From the IMG/VR virus record IMGVR_UViG_3300045988_044599: DNA of 60,135 nucleotides; one strand, 5' to 3'. Source of the stretch: a virus. A program made the translations under genes and the position numbers. Of this stretch, positions 52,684-60,135 are shown piece after piece (within the stretch, counting starts at the first letter, position 1; each line of letters opens with the position of its first letter). The notes under the pieces were generated by a model, which had not been told where the DNA came from, did no database searches, and saw nothing but the letters and a program-made list of their open reading frames with translations.

Positions 52684-53249
52684 TATGCGGCCTCCTTGAC
52701 TTCTTCATTCTTTTTGAAACTGTTGATGAACAATTGGGCTTGCCAGTCGGTCAACCTCGCATAGTTCACAGGCATTTTGATGCGATTGCCGATGGCTTCG
52801 GACTCACGTCCGGCTGGAACATTCCCCTGAGCCAACAAGGCGGCAACCTGCTTGCGTAGTTCCTCATTCATCGGATTGCCACGCTGATAGCCAGCCAACT
52901 GGCCGTCATCATCACTGGTAGCAAGACAGAACAGGGTGAGCAGACTGTACCTTCTCGCATAGGTTTCCGCACTCCCATACCGTTGCATGAACGGCTGTTC
53001 ACGTTTCCCGGCGGAATCACCGACGATGATCGGGACGGGAGCTTCAAACACGCTCCAAGACTTGCTGTCCTCCTGCCAGTAGCGGGATACGACGAATCCA
53101 TACCCGTTGGGATATTGGGGCAGATTATCGTATCGGATGCTCTGCTGCACCTTGATCTTCAACGTTTCGGTCACATAGTTGACCACGCTGCCCAAGTCGG
53201 CGTAATCATAACCGTAGGCTTTACGGTTCTTCGCTATCACATTTCCCAT
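52683..53249 (-). CDS. ERF-family single-strand annealing protein
   Basis: YDYADLGSVVNYV...YGSAETYARRYSLLTLFCLATSDDDG. Confidence 0.7.
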   Translation of the reverse strand: MGNVIAKNRKAYGYDYADLGSVVNYVTETLKIKVQQSIRYDNLPQYPNGYGFVVSRYWQEDSKSWSVFEAPVPIIVGDSAGKREQPFMQRYGSAETYARRYSLLTLFCLATSDDDGQLAGYQRGNPMNEELRKQVAALLAQGNVPAGRESEAIGNRIKMPVNYARLTDWQAQLFINSFKKNEEVKEAA

Positions 53250-54088
53250 TGGTCATCATCTCCAATCAGATGGTTCATCTGCCAGTCAGTGAATCTGATA
53301 GGCATAGGCGTCTTCGATAATCCTTGGTTGAGCATGTCTCCCAACGGAATATGGTTCTTCCGGTAGAAGCTGAGCCTGTCCAACGCTTCACGAATCTGCT
53401 TCACCGCGACAAGTGAGATTTCAGGATCGTTTTCGGATAGTTCCCAAATCATCCAGTCGTATGGTTCCTGCTTCTCCTGCACGACGAATCTGAATCCCAT
53501 CGCACCCTGGTATCCGGTTACGAGCCGATACAGCATCATGTAGAAGGCGGCTTGAATGTGGTAGCCGAACTTGTATGCCGAACCAGTGAAGTCCTGCACG
53601 TCATGGCCGGTGGTCTTGTAGTCGTACAGCCACATGACGCCGTCCATGTCGGGATGGTCGGGCAGCCAGTCGGCCTTGCCTTTCAACTGCAATCCAGTGG
53701 TCGGGTCAATGGCGAACAAGGCGATTTCCGGTTTGCCTTCCACGAGACTGTTCATGTCCGGCGCGTAATCCACCATGTTTTGAAGCTTCTCATAGTCGGA
53801 ACCGGAAAGGATTACCAGATCGTCCGATTTGGCTTGTTCGGCTTGTGCTTTACCGGCTTTGGTGCGCCCGTCGAGTTTCCTTTCGACCTTCGGGCCACTA
53901 CCGAGAATGAGACTGTGCGCGGCCTTGCCGAACGCCAACGTACTGTTGTCGAGAGGGTTCAGCTTGTGCCATGCGTACGCTCTTGGAGACTCCATGAACT
54001 TCTTCAAACCAGTCTGGTCGATTGCCGGATGCGCGAAATACTCCTTGTCCGGCATGTCCACCATGCTGGGAAATTTCACTTCCGTCAT
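53237..54088 (-). CDS. PD-(D/E)XK recombination exonuclease
   Basis: GKADWL...WLYDYKTT...GYHIQAAFYM. Confidence 0.7.
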   Translation of the reverse strand: MTEVKFPSMVDMPDKEYFAHPAIDQTGLKKFMESPRAYAWHKLNPLDNSTLAFGKAAHSLILGSGPKVERKLDGRTKAGKAQAEQAKSDDLVILSGSDYEKLQNMVDYAPDMNSLVEGKPEIALFAIDPTTGLQLKGKADWLPDHPDMDGVMWLYDYKTTGHDVQDFTGSAYKFGYHIQAAFYMMLYRLVTGYQGAMGFRFVVQEKQEPYDWMIWELSENDPEISLVAVKQIREALDRLSFYRKNHIPLGDMLNQGLSKTPMPIRFTDWQMNHLIGDDDQWEM

Positions 54089-54474
54089 ACTTCCGCCACA
54101 CTCCGTTCCATAATGTGGGCATTATTCCGGTAACGCCACTTCCTGTAGCCCTGTTCGACAAGCGTGAACAACGAGCGGGCGTAAATGACGGCACCCCTAC
54201 TGTTCTTTTCCAACAGGTCTCCCTTACCGGCATCCAGAATCACTTTCTTCACGACTTGGCCCAGTCCGGTGAGGCTACGCTTGGCGTCTTCTGGATGCTG
54301 TTGGGTCATGTATTCCCTGAGCGTGATACGGTAATCCGGTTCGATTGGATGCCAGTCCGACACGTCCAATGGTTCCGGAATGGTGTTTTCCACCAGCCGG
54401 TAGGTTCGTCCGAACAAGCTGATCTCGTCCGGCACTTTCGTGTAGGTCTCACCGTTCACGTTGATGGTGTCCAT
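54085..54474 (-). CDS. hypothetical protein
   Basis: The internal ATG (MDTINVNG...) follows AGGAAAACC. Confidence 0.45.
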   Translation of the reverse strand: MDTINVNGETYTKVPDEISLFGRTYRLVENTIPEPLDVSDWHPIEPDYRITLREYMTQQHPEDAKRSLTGLGQVVKKVILDAGKGDLLEKNSRGAVIYARSLFTLVEQGYRKWRYRNNAHIMERSVAEV

Positions 54475-54701
54475 AATGGTTTTCCTTTCTGTGATTGCGT
54501 GCTGGTGGATGGAGTCGAACCATCTGACCGCCGATGGATCGAACGACTGAGATAGCAGCGGTCGCGTTCCCTGCACCAGCAGTGGTTGACGGGAGAGAGT
54601 GTGTATGTAAGCGCCTAGAGAAATCGACTTTGGAACATGATTTTTTAGGCTCCCCCGCCAACCGGGTTTTCAATTATGTCGGGCCGTCTCTCGACGGCTT
54701 C

Positions 54702-54773
54702 GGACGTGGGCGGGAGTCGAACCCGCGACCCGTAGGGGAAGAACCAGAGACCCCGAGTCATCTAATCCACGTC
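54702..54773 (-). other. aberrant 72-nt tRNA-like element
   Basis: A perfect 7-bp acceptor (GACGTGG/CCACGTC) and a canonical T-arm (GCGGG-TTCGACT-CCCGC). No 5+7+5 anticodon arm can be drawn in the 40-nt interior. Confidence 0.4.
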
Positions 54774-54813
54774 AAATCCCCAGTCCGGCAATCGCACTAA
54801 CCGGTGGGGACAG

Positions 54814-54900
54814 TGGCCGCAACAGGAGTCGAACCTGTTAGGATTCACGCCAATGAATGATGCAAAACCGTTGGAACCCGACCTGAACGGGTTCACGGCC
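54814..54900 (-). other. aberrant 87-nt tRNA-like element
   Basis: Acceptor GGCCGTG/TGCGGCC, D-arm CCCG-TTCAGGT-CGGG and T-arm ACAGG-TTCGACT-CCTGT. The only candidate anticodon arm (ATTCA-TTGGCG-TGAAT) has a 6-nt loop and is preceded by an 18-nt insertion. Confidence 0.4.
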
Positions 54901-55174
54901 AACATCACGGCAACAGGAAATGTCAAAACCTGAATGCGAGATGGATAAGGTGATCCATGAGTTGTCAAACTTAAGGAGTCCGGCATGAATCCCACAACCA
55001 TGTGCGGCCAATGCGCCTACGTGATTTGCTGCGCGGTATTGAGTTCGCAGGCGCGTGGATAATATCGATATTCAGTTATGGTCCCCACTGGCCGACGAAT
55101 GAGTGAACGTGGGTGTCCTGCGGAACAACCCGATTTTTGGTTGTTTGTTGGGACTGTCAGCCAGCGGGAAGTCT

Positions 55175-55405
55175 TTAGTCGCGTGGCGTGAATCTGACGA
55201 TCAGCCACAATGCGGTGGCGATGTACACGCCTTCGACCATGAGCGCGGCGGTGGTGCTGCCGCCATGCCATGTGAGCATGATGGTCAGGCTGGAGATGAG
55301 GCCGATGCTGGCGATGGCGAAGAGGATGCGGCGGCGCGTGTAGTTCGGCTTCTTCCGCTTCTTCATTGCTTGCATGTCTTCAAGCCAGTAATCATGGTCA
55401 GTCAT
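55175..55405 (-). CDS. small membrane protein (2 TM)
   Basis: ILFAIASIGLISSLTIMLTW and VYIATALWLIV. Confidence 0.5.
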   Translation of the reverse strand: MTDHDYWLEDMQAMKKRKKPNYTRRRILFAIASIGLISSLTIMLTWHGGSTTAALMVEGVYIATALWLIVRFTPRD

Positions 55406-55757
55406 CGTCGCTCCCAGTGTTCACTCGCTTGAGTGGGAATGCTTCAGGCGGGAGCTGGGCGCAGACTTCCGGCCACTTTGCATACTGTCTACCTCCATTC
55501 CAGATGCGCTTAGCCGAGTTATCATATGTGCGCACCGACCAGTCATCATCGATGTCCTTAAGCAGGAGCCGACCATCATTCGCGGTGACATAGAAGCCCT
55601 GCTCCTTCGGCTCTTCGGGTAGTTGCTTTTCATCCACTTTGACAAGTGATGCGATCTGTGCGACCAGACTGCGCACGGTATTCCAATCGTCTTCGTCGCT
55701 TGCGGTCTTCAACTTATCGAAAAGCCGGTCAAGCTTCACCAAAACACTGTCATTCAT
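55398..55757 (-). CDS. hypothetical protein
   Basis: The internal ATG (MNDSVLV...) overlaps the upstream stop by 8 nt. Confidence 0.45.
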   Translation of the reverse strand: MNDSVLVKLDRLFDKLKTASDEDDWNTVRSLVAQIASLVKVDEKQLPEEPKEQGFYVTANDGRLLLKDIDDDWSVRTYDNSAKRIWNGGRQYAKWPEVCAQLPPEAFPLKRVNTGSDDD

Positions 55758-55971
55758 TCCAATCAAATCCTTTCGTCGGTTCCAAGCCGGTCGGCCTGAA
55801 ACAATGTCTTCCATGCGTCAGAAACGTTTCCGCAAGCCCATAGGAAACAAGCTTGCGCAACTTCCTGTAGACAACGCTCTGAGCCAATTGCAGGTCATCC
55901 GCGATCTTGTACGAACTGGTACTGAAACCGGTCTCATACTTCATACGAAGCGACTCGTACACCCGCTTCAA
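55750..55971 (-). CDS. small HTH/winged-helix-like protein
   Basis: 73 aa with YKIADDLQLAQSVVYRKLRKLVSYGL. Confidence 0.5.
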   Translation of the reverse strand: MKRVYESLRMKYETGFSTSSYKIADDLQLAQSVVYRKLRKLVSYGLAETFLTHGRHCFRPTGLEPTKGFDWNE

Positions 55972-56114
55972 TACCGGCTTGTCCTGCTCTGCTGATAGTC
56001 CCGTTTGGTCTTACGTCTGGCCCGTTCAATCCAATCGCGTTGGGCGGCAAGCATGGCATCCAAGTCGATGCCCGTCTGGACGCTCCACGCGACATCAGGC
56101 TGAGCGCCGGTCAT
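55968..56114 (-). CDS. 48-aa hypothetical protein
   Basis: Its ATG overlaps the upstream TGA (ATGA). Confidence 0.3.
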   Translation of the reverse strand: MTGAQPDVAWSVQTGIDLDAMLAAQRDWIERARRKTKRDYQQSRTSRY

Positions 56115-56317
56115 GCCGAAACCTCCCGTGGACTCTCGCACACCTGGTCGTAACGGTCGAGAAGCTTCGACTTCTTGTACGTGACGGTCTTGCCGCCCTG
56201 ATAGTCGGCGCACACCCTGTACAGTTTGTCGAACTTGTCCGCTCCAAGCTTGAGATACCTGGCAGCTTCCTGCCTGTCGAAAATCTCCTCTTCGACAACA
56301 ACCTTCCTGTCTGTCAA
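56111..56317 (-). CDS. excisionase-like small DNA-binding protein
   Basis: 68 aa. FDRQEAARYLKLGADKFDKLYRV resembles Xis/MerR-type HTH regions. Confidence 0.45.
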   Translation of the reverse strand: MTDRKVVVEEEIFDRQEAARYLKLGADKFDKLYRVCADYQGGKTVTYKKSKLLDRYDQVCESPREVSA

Positions 56318-56326
56318 AACCTGCTC

Positions 56327-56530
56327 CTATCTTGATTGCCCGTGCACGTCGGAAGCCCATTGGATGAACGCAGCCAGTTTCGATTCGGGAACCTCATACA
56401 ACGTGCTCGTCTTTTTTCCGTCCTTTTCGACGATGGATGCGCCTTTCCGCTCGTTGATACGGAAGACGCAGTGCCCACCCTCGTCAAGAACGAACTCATG
56501 CGGTGGTGCGGGAGGATTCAACAACGTCAT
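56327..56530 (-). CDS. hypothetical protein
   Basis: 67-aa ORF. Confidence 0.45.
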   Translation of the reverse strand: MTLLNPPAPPHEFVLDEGGHCVFRINERKGASIVEKDGKKTSTLYEVPESKLAAFIQWASDVHGQSR

Positions 56531-57318
56531 GCCGCCACCTCCGCGTCAAGCACTCGCTCGAAACTTTGTTCGGACAACCGCTGGTGGATAAGCGCCAATC
56601 CCTTGCGTGTCAGCTTCGGGGTCGGCGGATAGGCGAATGGCGTGCCATCCTTGTGGATTCCGTGGGAACGGGAGGACACCATGACCATATGGACTTGCCT
56701 CACGCGACTTGACGCCGCGCACCACGACTGGTTGGACTGCCGGTAAATCCAACCGTTATCCACAAGCCATTGGCGCAGCTCATGCTCACCGATCTGAATG
56801 TTGGAATCGTTGCTTAGGAGTTTCGCCGCGTCACGGACAAGCAGAGCATCGGGAACGTTGGTGAAGTCATCCAACGCCTTGGCCTTCGGCTCAAGCTCCT
56901 TGACCTTCTCCTGTTCCTCTTTCAACTTGGTTGCGAGTTGGATTAGGAAGTCGGGGCTGGTGAGCGCCTTATCCAAAGTCTGCTGAGTCATGTAAGCGCC
57001 ATGCTTGCGGATGGACGGCAACACCTCGTGAGTGACCCAACGCTGAAATTCCTTGGCTTCTGGCTTGCGGCTACGCATAATCAGCTTGTACAAGCCCGGC
57101 TCACTGATGAAGACCGGCGCTTTACCTCCGTTTTGAGCAATGTCCGTATTGCGGATATTGGTGATTTCGTCTTCATCGAGGTATTCGCGCAGGTGGTTAG
57201 TGCCTGTCCCAAGGATGTTGCACACATCCTGACCTGAGAACCAAGACTCTCCAGATTCGTCATTCAATGCGCGGAATGCTGAACCGTTGAAAGTAAACTG
57301 TTGTACCTCGGCACTCAT
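56527..57318 (-). CDS. antirepressor (BRO-N plus KilA-C/ANT-type)
   Basis: FTFNGSAFRALNDESGESWFSGQDVCNILG... followed by a C-terminal ANT-like half. Confidence 0.8.
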   Translation of the reverse strand: MSAEVQQFTFNGSAFRALNDESGESWFSGQDVCNILGTGTNHLREYLDEDEITNIRNTDIAQNGGKAPVFISEPGLYKLIMRSRKPEAKEFQRWVTHEVLPSIRKHGAYMTQQTLDKALTSPDFLIQLATKLKEEQEKVKELEPKAKALDDFTNVPDALLVRDAAKLLSNDSNIQIGEHELRQWLVDNGWIYRQSNQSWCAASSRVRQVHMVMVSSRSHGIHKDGTPFAYPPTPKLTRKGLALIHQRLSEQSFERVLDAEVAA

Positions 57319-57590
57319 TGCTCATGCTCCGCTTCATTGGACTCGCCGTTCATGGTGGTGTTCAGTGAATCCTCGAACTTAGCTAAGTCGATAAGCTCCC
57401 ATACTGATTTGAGTTCCAGTGCGGATGCGACTTTGCCTAGCTGCTCGATCTTCCACAGGGCATCGTTGCTTTTAAGCATGTAATAGTACTGGCGTGAAAT
57501 TCCGAGCCGCTTGGAAAGCTCCGTCGCTGTGATTCCCAGCCGGTTGCGCTGGGATTCAATCGCCTTCGAGATTGATTCCTGAAACGTCAT
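57315..57590 (-). CDS. Cro-like XRE HTH regulator heading the early operon
   Basis: RNRLGITATELSKRLGISRQYYYMLK. It is divergent from the 57787 gene across the operator region. Confidence 0.8.
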   Translation of the reverse strand: MTFQESISKAIESQRNRLGITATELSKRLGISRQYYYMLKSNDALWKIEQLGKVASALELKSVWELIDLAKFEDSLNTTMNGESNEAEHEQ

Positions 57591-57625
57591 GCTCGTTGCT
57601 CCTTTCCTATTCAGCCTCGTTGTTT

Positions 57626-57770
57626 AACTCTATTGAGCTAACTTCTGAGACTAAGAATAATCGTTTTTTATTGTTTGTCAACTCAATAGAGCTATTTACA
57701 GATTTGTCGGCGTGTCGTACCGCTCTAGTTCATACCATTACATATGTCAACAAATAAACTCAATAGAGTT
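57626..57770. promoter_or_regulatory. genetic switch: three 14-bp operators A(A/G)CTCAATAGAG(C/T)T plus divergent promoters
   Basis: O1 at 57626-57639 (inverted orientation), O2 at 57680-57693, O3 at 57757-57770. On the minus strand TTGACA abuts O2, with TATTCT 16 nt downstream. Confidence 0.7.
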
Positions 57771-57786
57771 AGGAGGTGAAACAAAA

Positions 57787-58053
57787 GTGGTGCGCAATAC
57801 CGAACTCAAGGAAACCAGTGCCGCAACAAAGCTAATAGCCGAGACGGTCGCTTCGATGATCAACAAGGCCGGATGGTCGCAGGCCAGAACCGGACGAATC
57901 ATCGACAAGAGCCAGTCCTATGCTTCTCTACGAATCAAAGGTCTAGCCTCTTGGACTACGGATGATTTGGACAATCTAGCCAAGGCTCTGGGATACGGAA
58001 ACGCATTCGGACTACTTGATGCAGTTCGTGGCATAAAGGATAAGAAGGAGTAG
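57787..58053 (+). CDS. CI-like small HTH repressor candidate
   Basis: The GTG follows AGGAGGTGAAACAAAA. 88 aa with WSQARTGRIIDKSQSYASLRIKG. Confidence 0.65.
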   Translation: MVRNTELKETSAATKLIAETVASMINKAGWSQARTGRIIDKSQSYASLRIKGLASWTTDDLDNLAKALGYGNAFGLLDAVRGIKDKKE

Positions 58054-58063
58054 ACTAGACCAT

Positions 58064-58135
58064 AACACCTCCTTGTAGGTGTTCTTCGAGGGTCACGCAT
58101 TCATCTGGCAGGACGGGGCGTGGTCCTCCTTTTTA
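58064..58135 (+). terminator. two hairpins and a T5 tract after the repressor candidate
   Basis: AACACCT-CCTTGT-AGGTGTT, then AGGAC-GGGGCGTG-GTCCT followed by CCTTTTTAT. Confidence 0.5.
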
Positions 58136-58348
58136 TATCCTTAATCGAACATGTGTTCGTCTTTCACTTGCATGATATATCCACTCGAACGCATGTTTCA
58201 ATCCGACACGCGGTTTTGATACGTGCTGTCTCAAAAGCGAGGGTATTTACGGGGATACCCCGTATGAGAAACGCTTAATGCGTGTTTACGGCCTGTTTGG
58301 GTGGATAATCCTTGTTGAGACATATTGCAGGAGAGCAAGGAGGACATC

Positions 58349-58711
58349 ATGGTTCCTATATTCGTTATCGCCGGTATCGCCATCGGTATGGCCGCGTTCG
58401 TTCTGCTGATCCAGATGGCCGTGCGGAACGGCATTCGCATGTCCGGGTTGATTGACTGGCGTACCCAATACGAGTTGGAACGCATCGACGATGCGGACGG
58501 CGGCAAGCCGACGTTGCACGAATTGTATGAGATCGCGGCCAAGACCGATTCCGCACCAGATGCCATCGAGCGGAATGTGAGGGCGAAGGCTCTGGACTAT
58601 ATCGAGTCGCGTAATTCCATCCATGTGCGAAATTGTTGGATTGTGATTGGAGTCGCTGTCGGCGTATGCTTCCTGGCTATGATTATCACTCTCGCCAGCA
58701 GTCCTATGTGA
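58349..58711 (+). CDS. two-TM membrane protein expressed from the lysogeny side
   Basis: The ATG follows AAGGAGGACATC. TM1 is PIFVIAGIAIGMAAFVLLIQ and TM2 is CWIVIGVAVGVCFLAMIITLA. Confidence 0.6.
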   Translation: MVPIFVIAGIAIGMAAFVLLIQMAVRNGIRMSGLIDWRTQYELERIDDADGGKPTLHELYEIAAKTDSAPDAIERNVRAKALDYIESRNSIHVRNCWIVIGVAVGVCFLAMIITLASSPM

Positions 58712-58728
58712 ACCATGTTTTTCTCGTG

Positions 58729-58757
58729 CCCGTCTGTTTTGTTGCAGGCGGGTTTTT
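58729..58757 (+). terminator. rho-independent terminator
   Basis: CCCGTCTG-TTTTGTTG-CAGGCGGG followed by TTTTT. Confidence 0.65.
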
Positions 58758-58950
58758 CATGCCCTTTTTCTGACCGTTTGTGCTTTTTAATTGGCAAAAT
58801 CATGGCAAACGCACAATGTAAGAAGAATGTATAACCATGTACATACTTATATACATGTAACTGGAGCTACACCGACAAACTATCAGTATCTACTACCCGA
58901 CAGTAGTTGTAATTATATCCATGTGTAGAGTTAGAGTTATAGGCGAAAGT

Positions 58951-58989
58951 AGCAAAAAGCCCTTGCCGCTCTCGAACAGCGACAAGGGC
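58951..58989 (-). terminator. minus-strand rho-independent terminator facing attR
   Basis: On the minus strand, GCCCTTGTCGCT-GTTCGAG-AGCGGCAAGGGC followed by TTTTTGCT. Confidence 0.45.
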
Positions 58990-59057
58990 AATCGGAAAAC
59001 CAGTTTGCATAGATTCTCCGTGTATCAGCATAGCGCTAGGCATGGAGGGAAAGACAC

Positions 59058-59543
59058 GTGGAAAATATGGGCTACAAGAACATGCAAGCCGTATACGACG
59101 TCAACCGTGCCGGACGCATGGCGATACGACGCGGCGACAACATGACCCTCAACAAGAACGCCGAACTCGTCCTCATGTTCATGGCTTCGCAAACATACGA
59201 TTGGGATAGCGAGAACAATTGTCCTCCGAAGAAGCTCATGGATAAGCAGGTGCCGTGCCGCTATTACACGCTTGGATGGCGTGCTATTTCGGATGCGCTT
59301 GGAATGGTGATGCTCACTCCCGAACAGGCGATGGGCGGTAATGCGGAAGCGAAGATGAAGACCCGTGAGAACAGTATCCAGAAGAGCATCAGCGATGCCT
59401 GGGTGTTCCTGCGTGATCGCGGCATCATCAAGACCATCGAACCCGCTTCGCTTGGTAAGAACGCTGGGTTTCTACTCCTACTGGGCGACGATGCGGAGAA
59501 TGCCGCAGTGGAACGATGGGCCAGGGAGTGCCTTGGCGTCTGA
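59058..59543 (+). CDS. hypothetical protein (last gene before attR)
   Basis: 161-aa ORF preceded by an AT-rich region. No motif was recognised. Confidence 0.55.
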   Translation: MENMGYKNMQAVYDVNRAGRMAIRRGDNMTLNKNAELVLMFMASQTYDWDSENNCPPKKLMDKQVPCRYYTLGWRAISDALGMVMLTPEQAMGGNAEAKMKTRENSIQKSISDAWVFLRDRGIIKTIEPASLGKNAGFLLLLGDDAENAAVERWARECLGV

Positions 59544-59998
59544 TTCGGCCATGATGACGGTTGTGCCATTCGACCTTTTTTGACCGTTTTATGACCGCGT
59601 TTTCGACCACGATGGTCGAATGTCCTCGTGTTCGGTCAACATGATGACGCAATCCAAATAAAGAAGATTATTAGGGTTGCACCTGCTTGATTGGGTTTTC
59701 CTGAGATTGCTGATTGCGGTTACGTCTATGAAGGCCGCCACATGGTTCCCTATGCCGTGTGGCGGCCTTCGTGGTTCCGGACGGCTCATGCATCGTGTTC
59801 TCTCCCTATTTTGGAGAGAACGGCATGGGCGTGTCGGATTTGGATGGTTCCGCATGATACCGGCTGTTATGCCCTGTGAGACGTTTGGATGGCGTTCTCT
59901 CAGGGTTTCATGAACCTTCCCACCTGACGTGCGAATTTGCTGTTACGGCGTGTCGCGGGCCTTTTTCGTGTGTTTTTTGGGCTGGTTTTTCGAGTTTG

Positions 59999-60008
59999 TC
60001 TGAGAATC
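59999..60008. promoter_or_regulatory. GTCTGAGAAT arm-type site candidate near attR
   Basis: The same 10-mer as the tandem pair at 165-184. It is followed by the related CGGAGAGAAT. Confidence 0.35.
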
Positions 60009-60080
60009 GGAGAGAATGACCATTTCGGACGCTTCCGCAACCGTTCCCGCAACTACGGCTGAACCCTACTCGCGTAAGGG

Positions 60081-60135
60081 TTTCTACCTTGGCTCCTGCG
60101 ACTGGGCTTGAACCAGTGACCGTCCGATTAACAGT
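60081..60135 (-). repeat. attR core: 55-bp direct repeat
   Basis: Identical to bases 1-55. Confidence 0.9.
60090..60135 (-). tRNA. tRNA-Asn(GUU), 3' 46 nt only; the gene continues beyond the window end
   Basis: Same sequence as in attL. The anticodon loop CTGTTAA sits at the window edge, so the 5' half, if intact, lies outside the window. Confidence 0.7.

Larger units (their letters stand above)
1..60135. mobile_element. complete integrated temperate siphovirus-like prophage bounded by 55-bp att direct repeats
   Basis: Identical 55-mers sit at both window ends. Integrase, immunity switch, replication/recombination, packaging, head, tail and lysis modules are all present. Confidence 0.9.

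Noticed and set aside
58780-59057. An AT-rich, palindrome-rich spacer (ACATGTACAT, TATATACATGTA, CTACT..AGTAG) considered as a possible small RNA or origin.
   Set aside because: Only short, low-information palindromes were found in AT-rich DNA. Nothing here goes beyond a promoter or insulator region.

Overview
The window is one complete integrated temperate siphovirus-type prophage of about 60 kb. Its GC content and gene content suggest an actinobacterial, Bifidobacterium-like host, but that is inference only. It is cut exactly at its attachment sites: bases 1-55 and 60081-60135 are identical and correspond to the 3' part of a minus-strand tRNA-Asn(GUU).

Layout:
- attL and a tyrosine integrase on the + strand (205-1560).
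- A late operon on the minus strand, read from about 29.0 kb down to 1.7 kb. In order it carries a three-tRNA array, two HNH genes, TerS, TerL, portal, MuF-like protein, scaffold, decoration-like protein, major capsid, connector proteins, major tail, G/GT chaperone with a -1 frameshift, tape measure, Dit-like protein, a 1635-aa fibre, an array of small RBP-like paralogs, and the lysis cassette.
- A 1.3-kb repeat-rich non-coding region (29.3-30.27 kb).
- A 7.26-kb block of 14 plus-strand genes (30.3-37.5 kb).
- The early and replication operon on the minus strand (57.6 down to 37.5 kb). It encodes Cro-like, antirepressor, exonuclease, ERF, SSB, SNF2 helicase, two methyltransferases, RusA, an iteron-bearing replication gene, HNH, dUTPase and a phosphoesterase.
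- A three-operator genetic switch (57.6-57.8 kb).
- Three plus-strand lysogeny-side genes, then attR.

The most unusual observation concerns the plus-strand block. It is bracketed by a perfect 22-bp inverted repeat (30274-30295 and 37512-37533) and carries its own Xer-like tyrosine recombinase (35361-36224). Flipping it would make the whole lytic genome colinear. This is a candidate large invertible, or otherwise recombinase-driven, segment.

Other notable signals:
- A G8 tract that frameshifts one of three tandem RBP-like paralogs away from a conserved C-terminal ...GDTMxR(A/D) tail.
- A 116-bp perfect in-frame direct repeat inside the fibre gene.
- Aberrant tRNA-like elements.
- A GTGGCCGT repeat array.
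- 11-bp-phased iterons.

All functional calls come from motifs read by eye. No database search was run.
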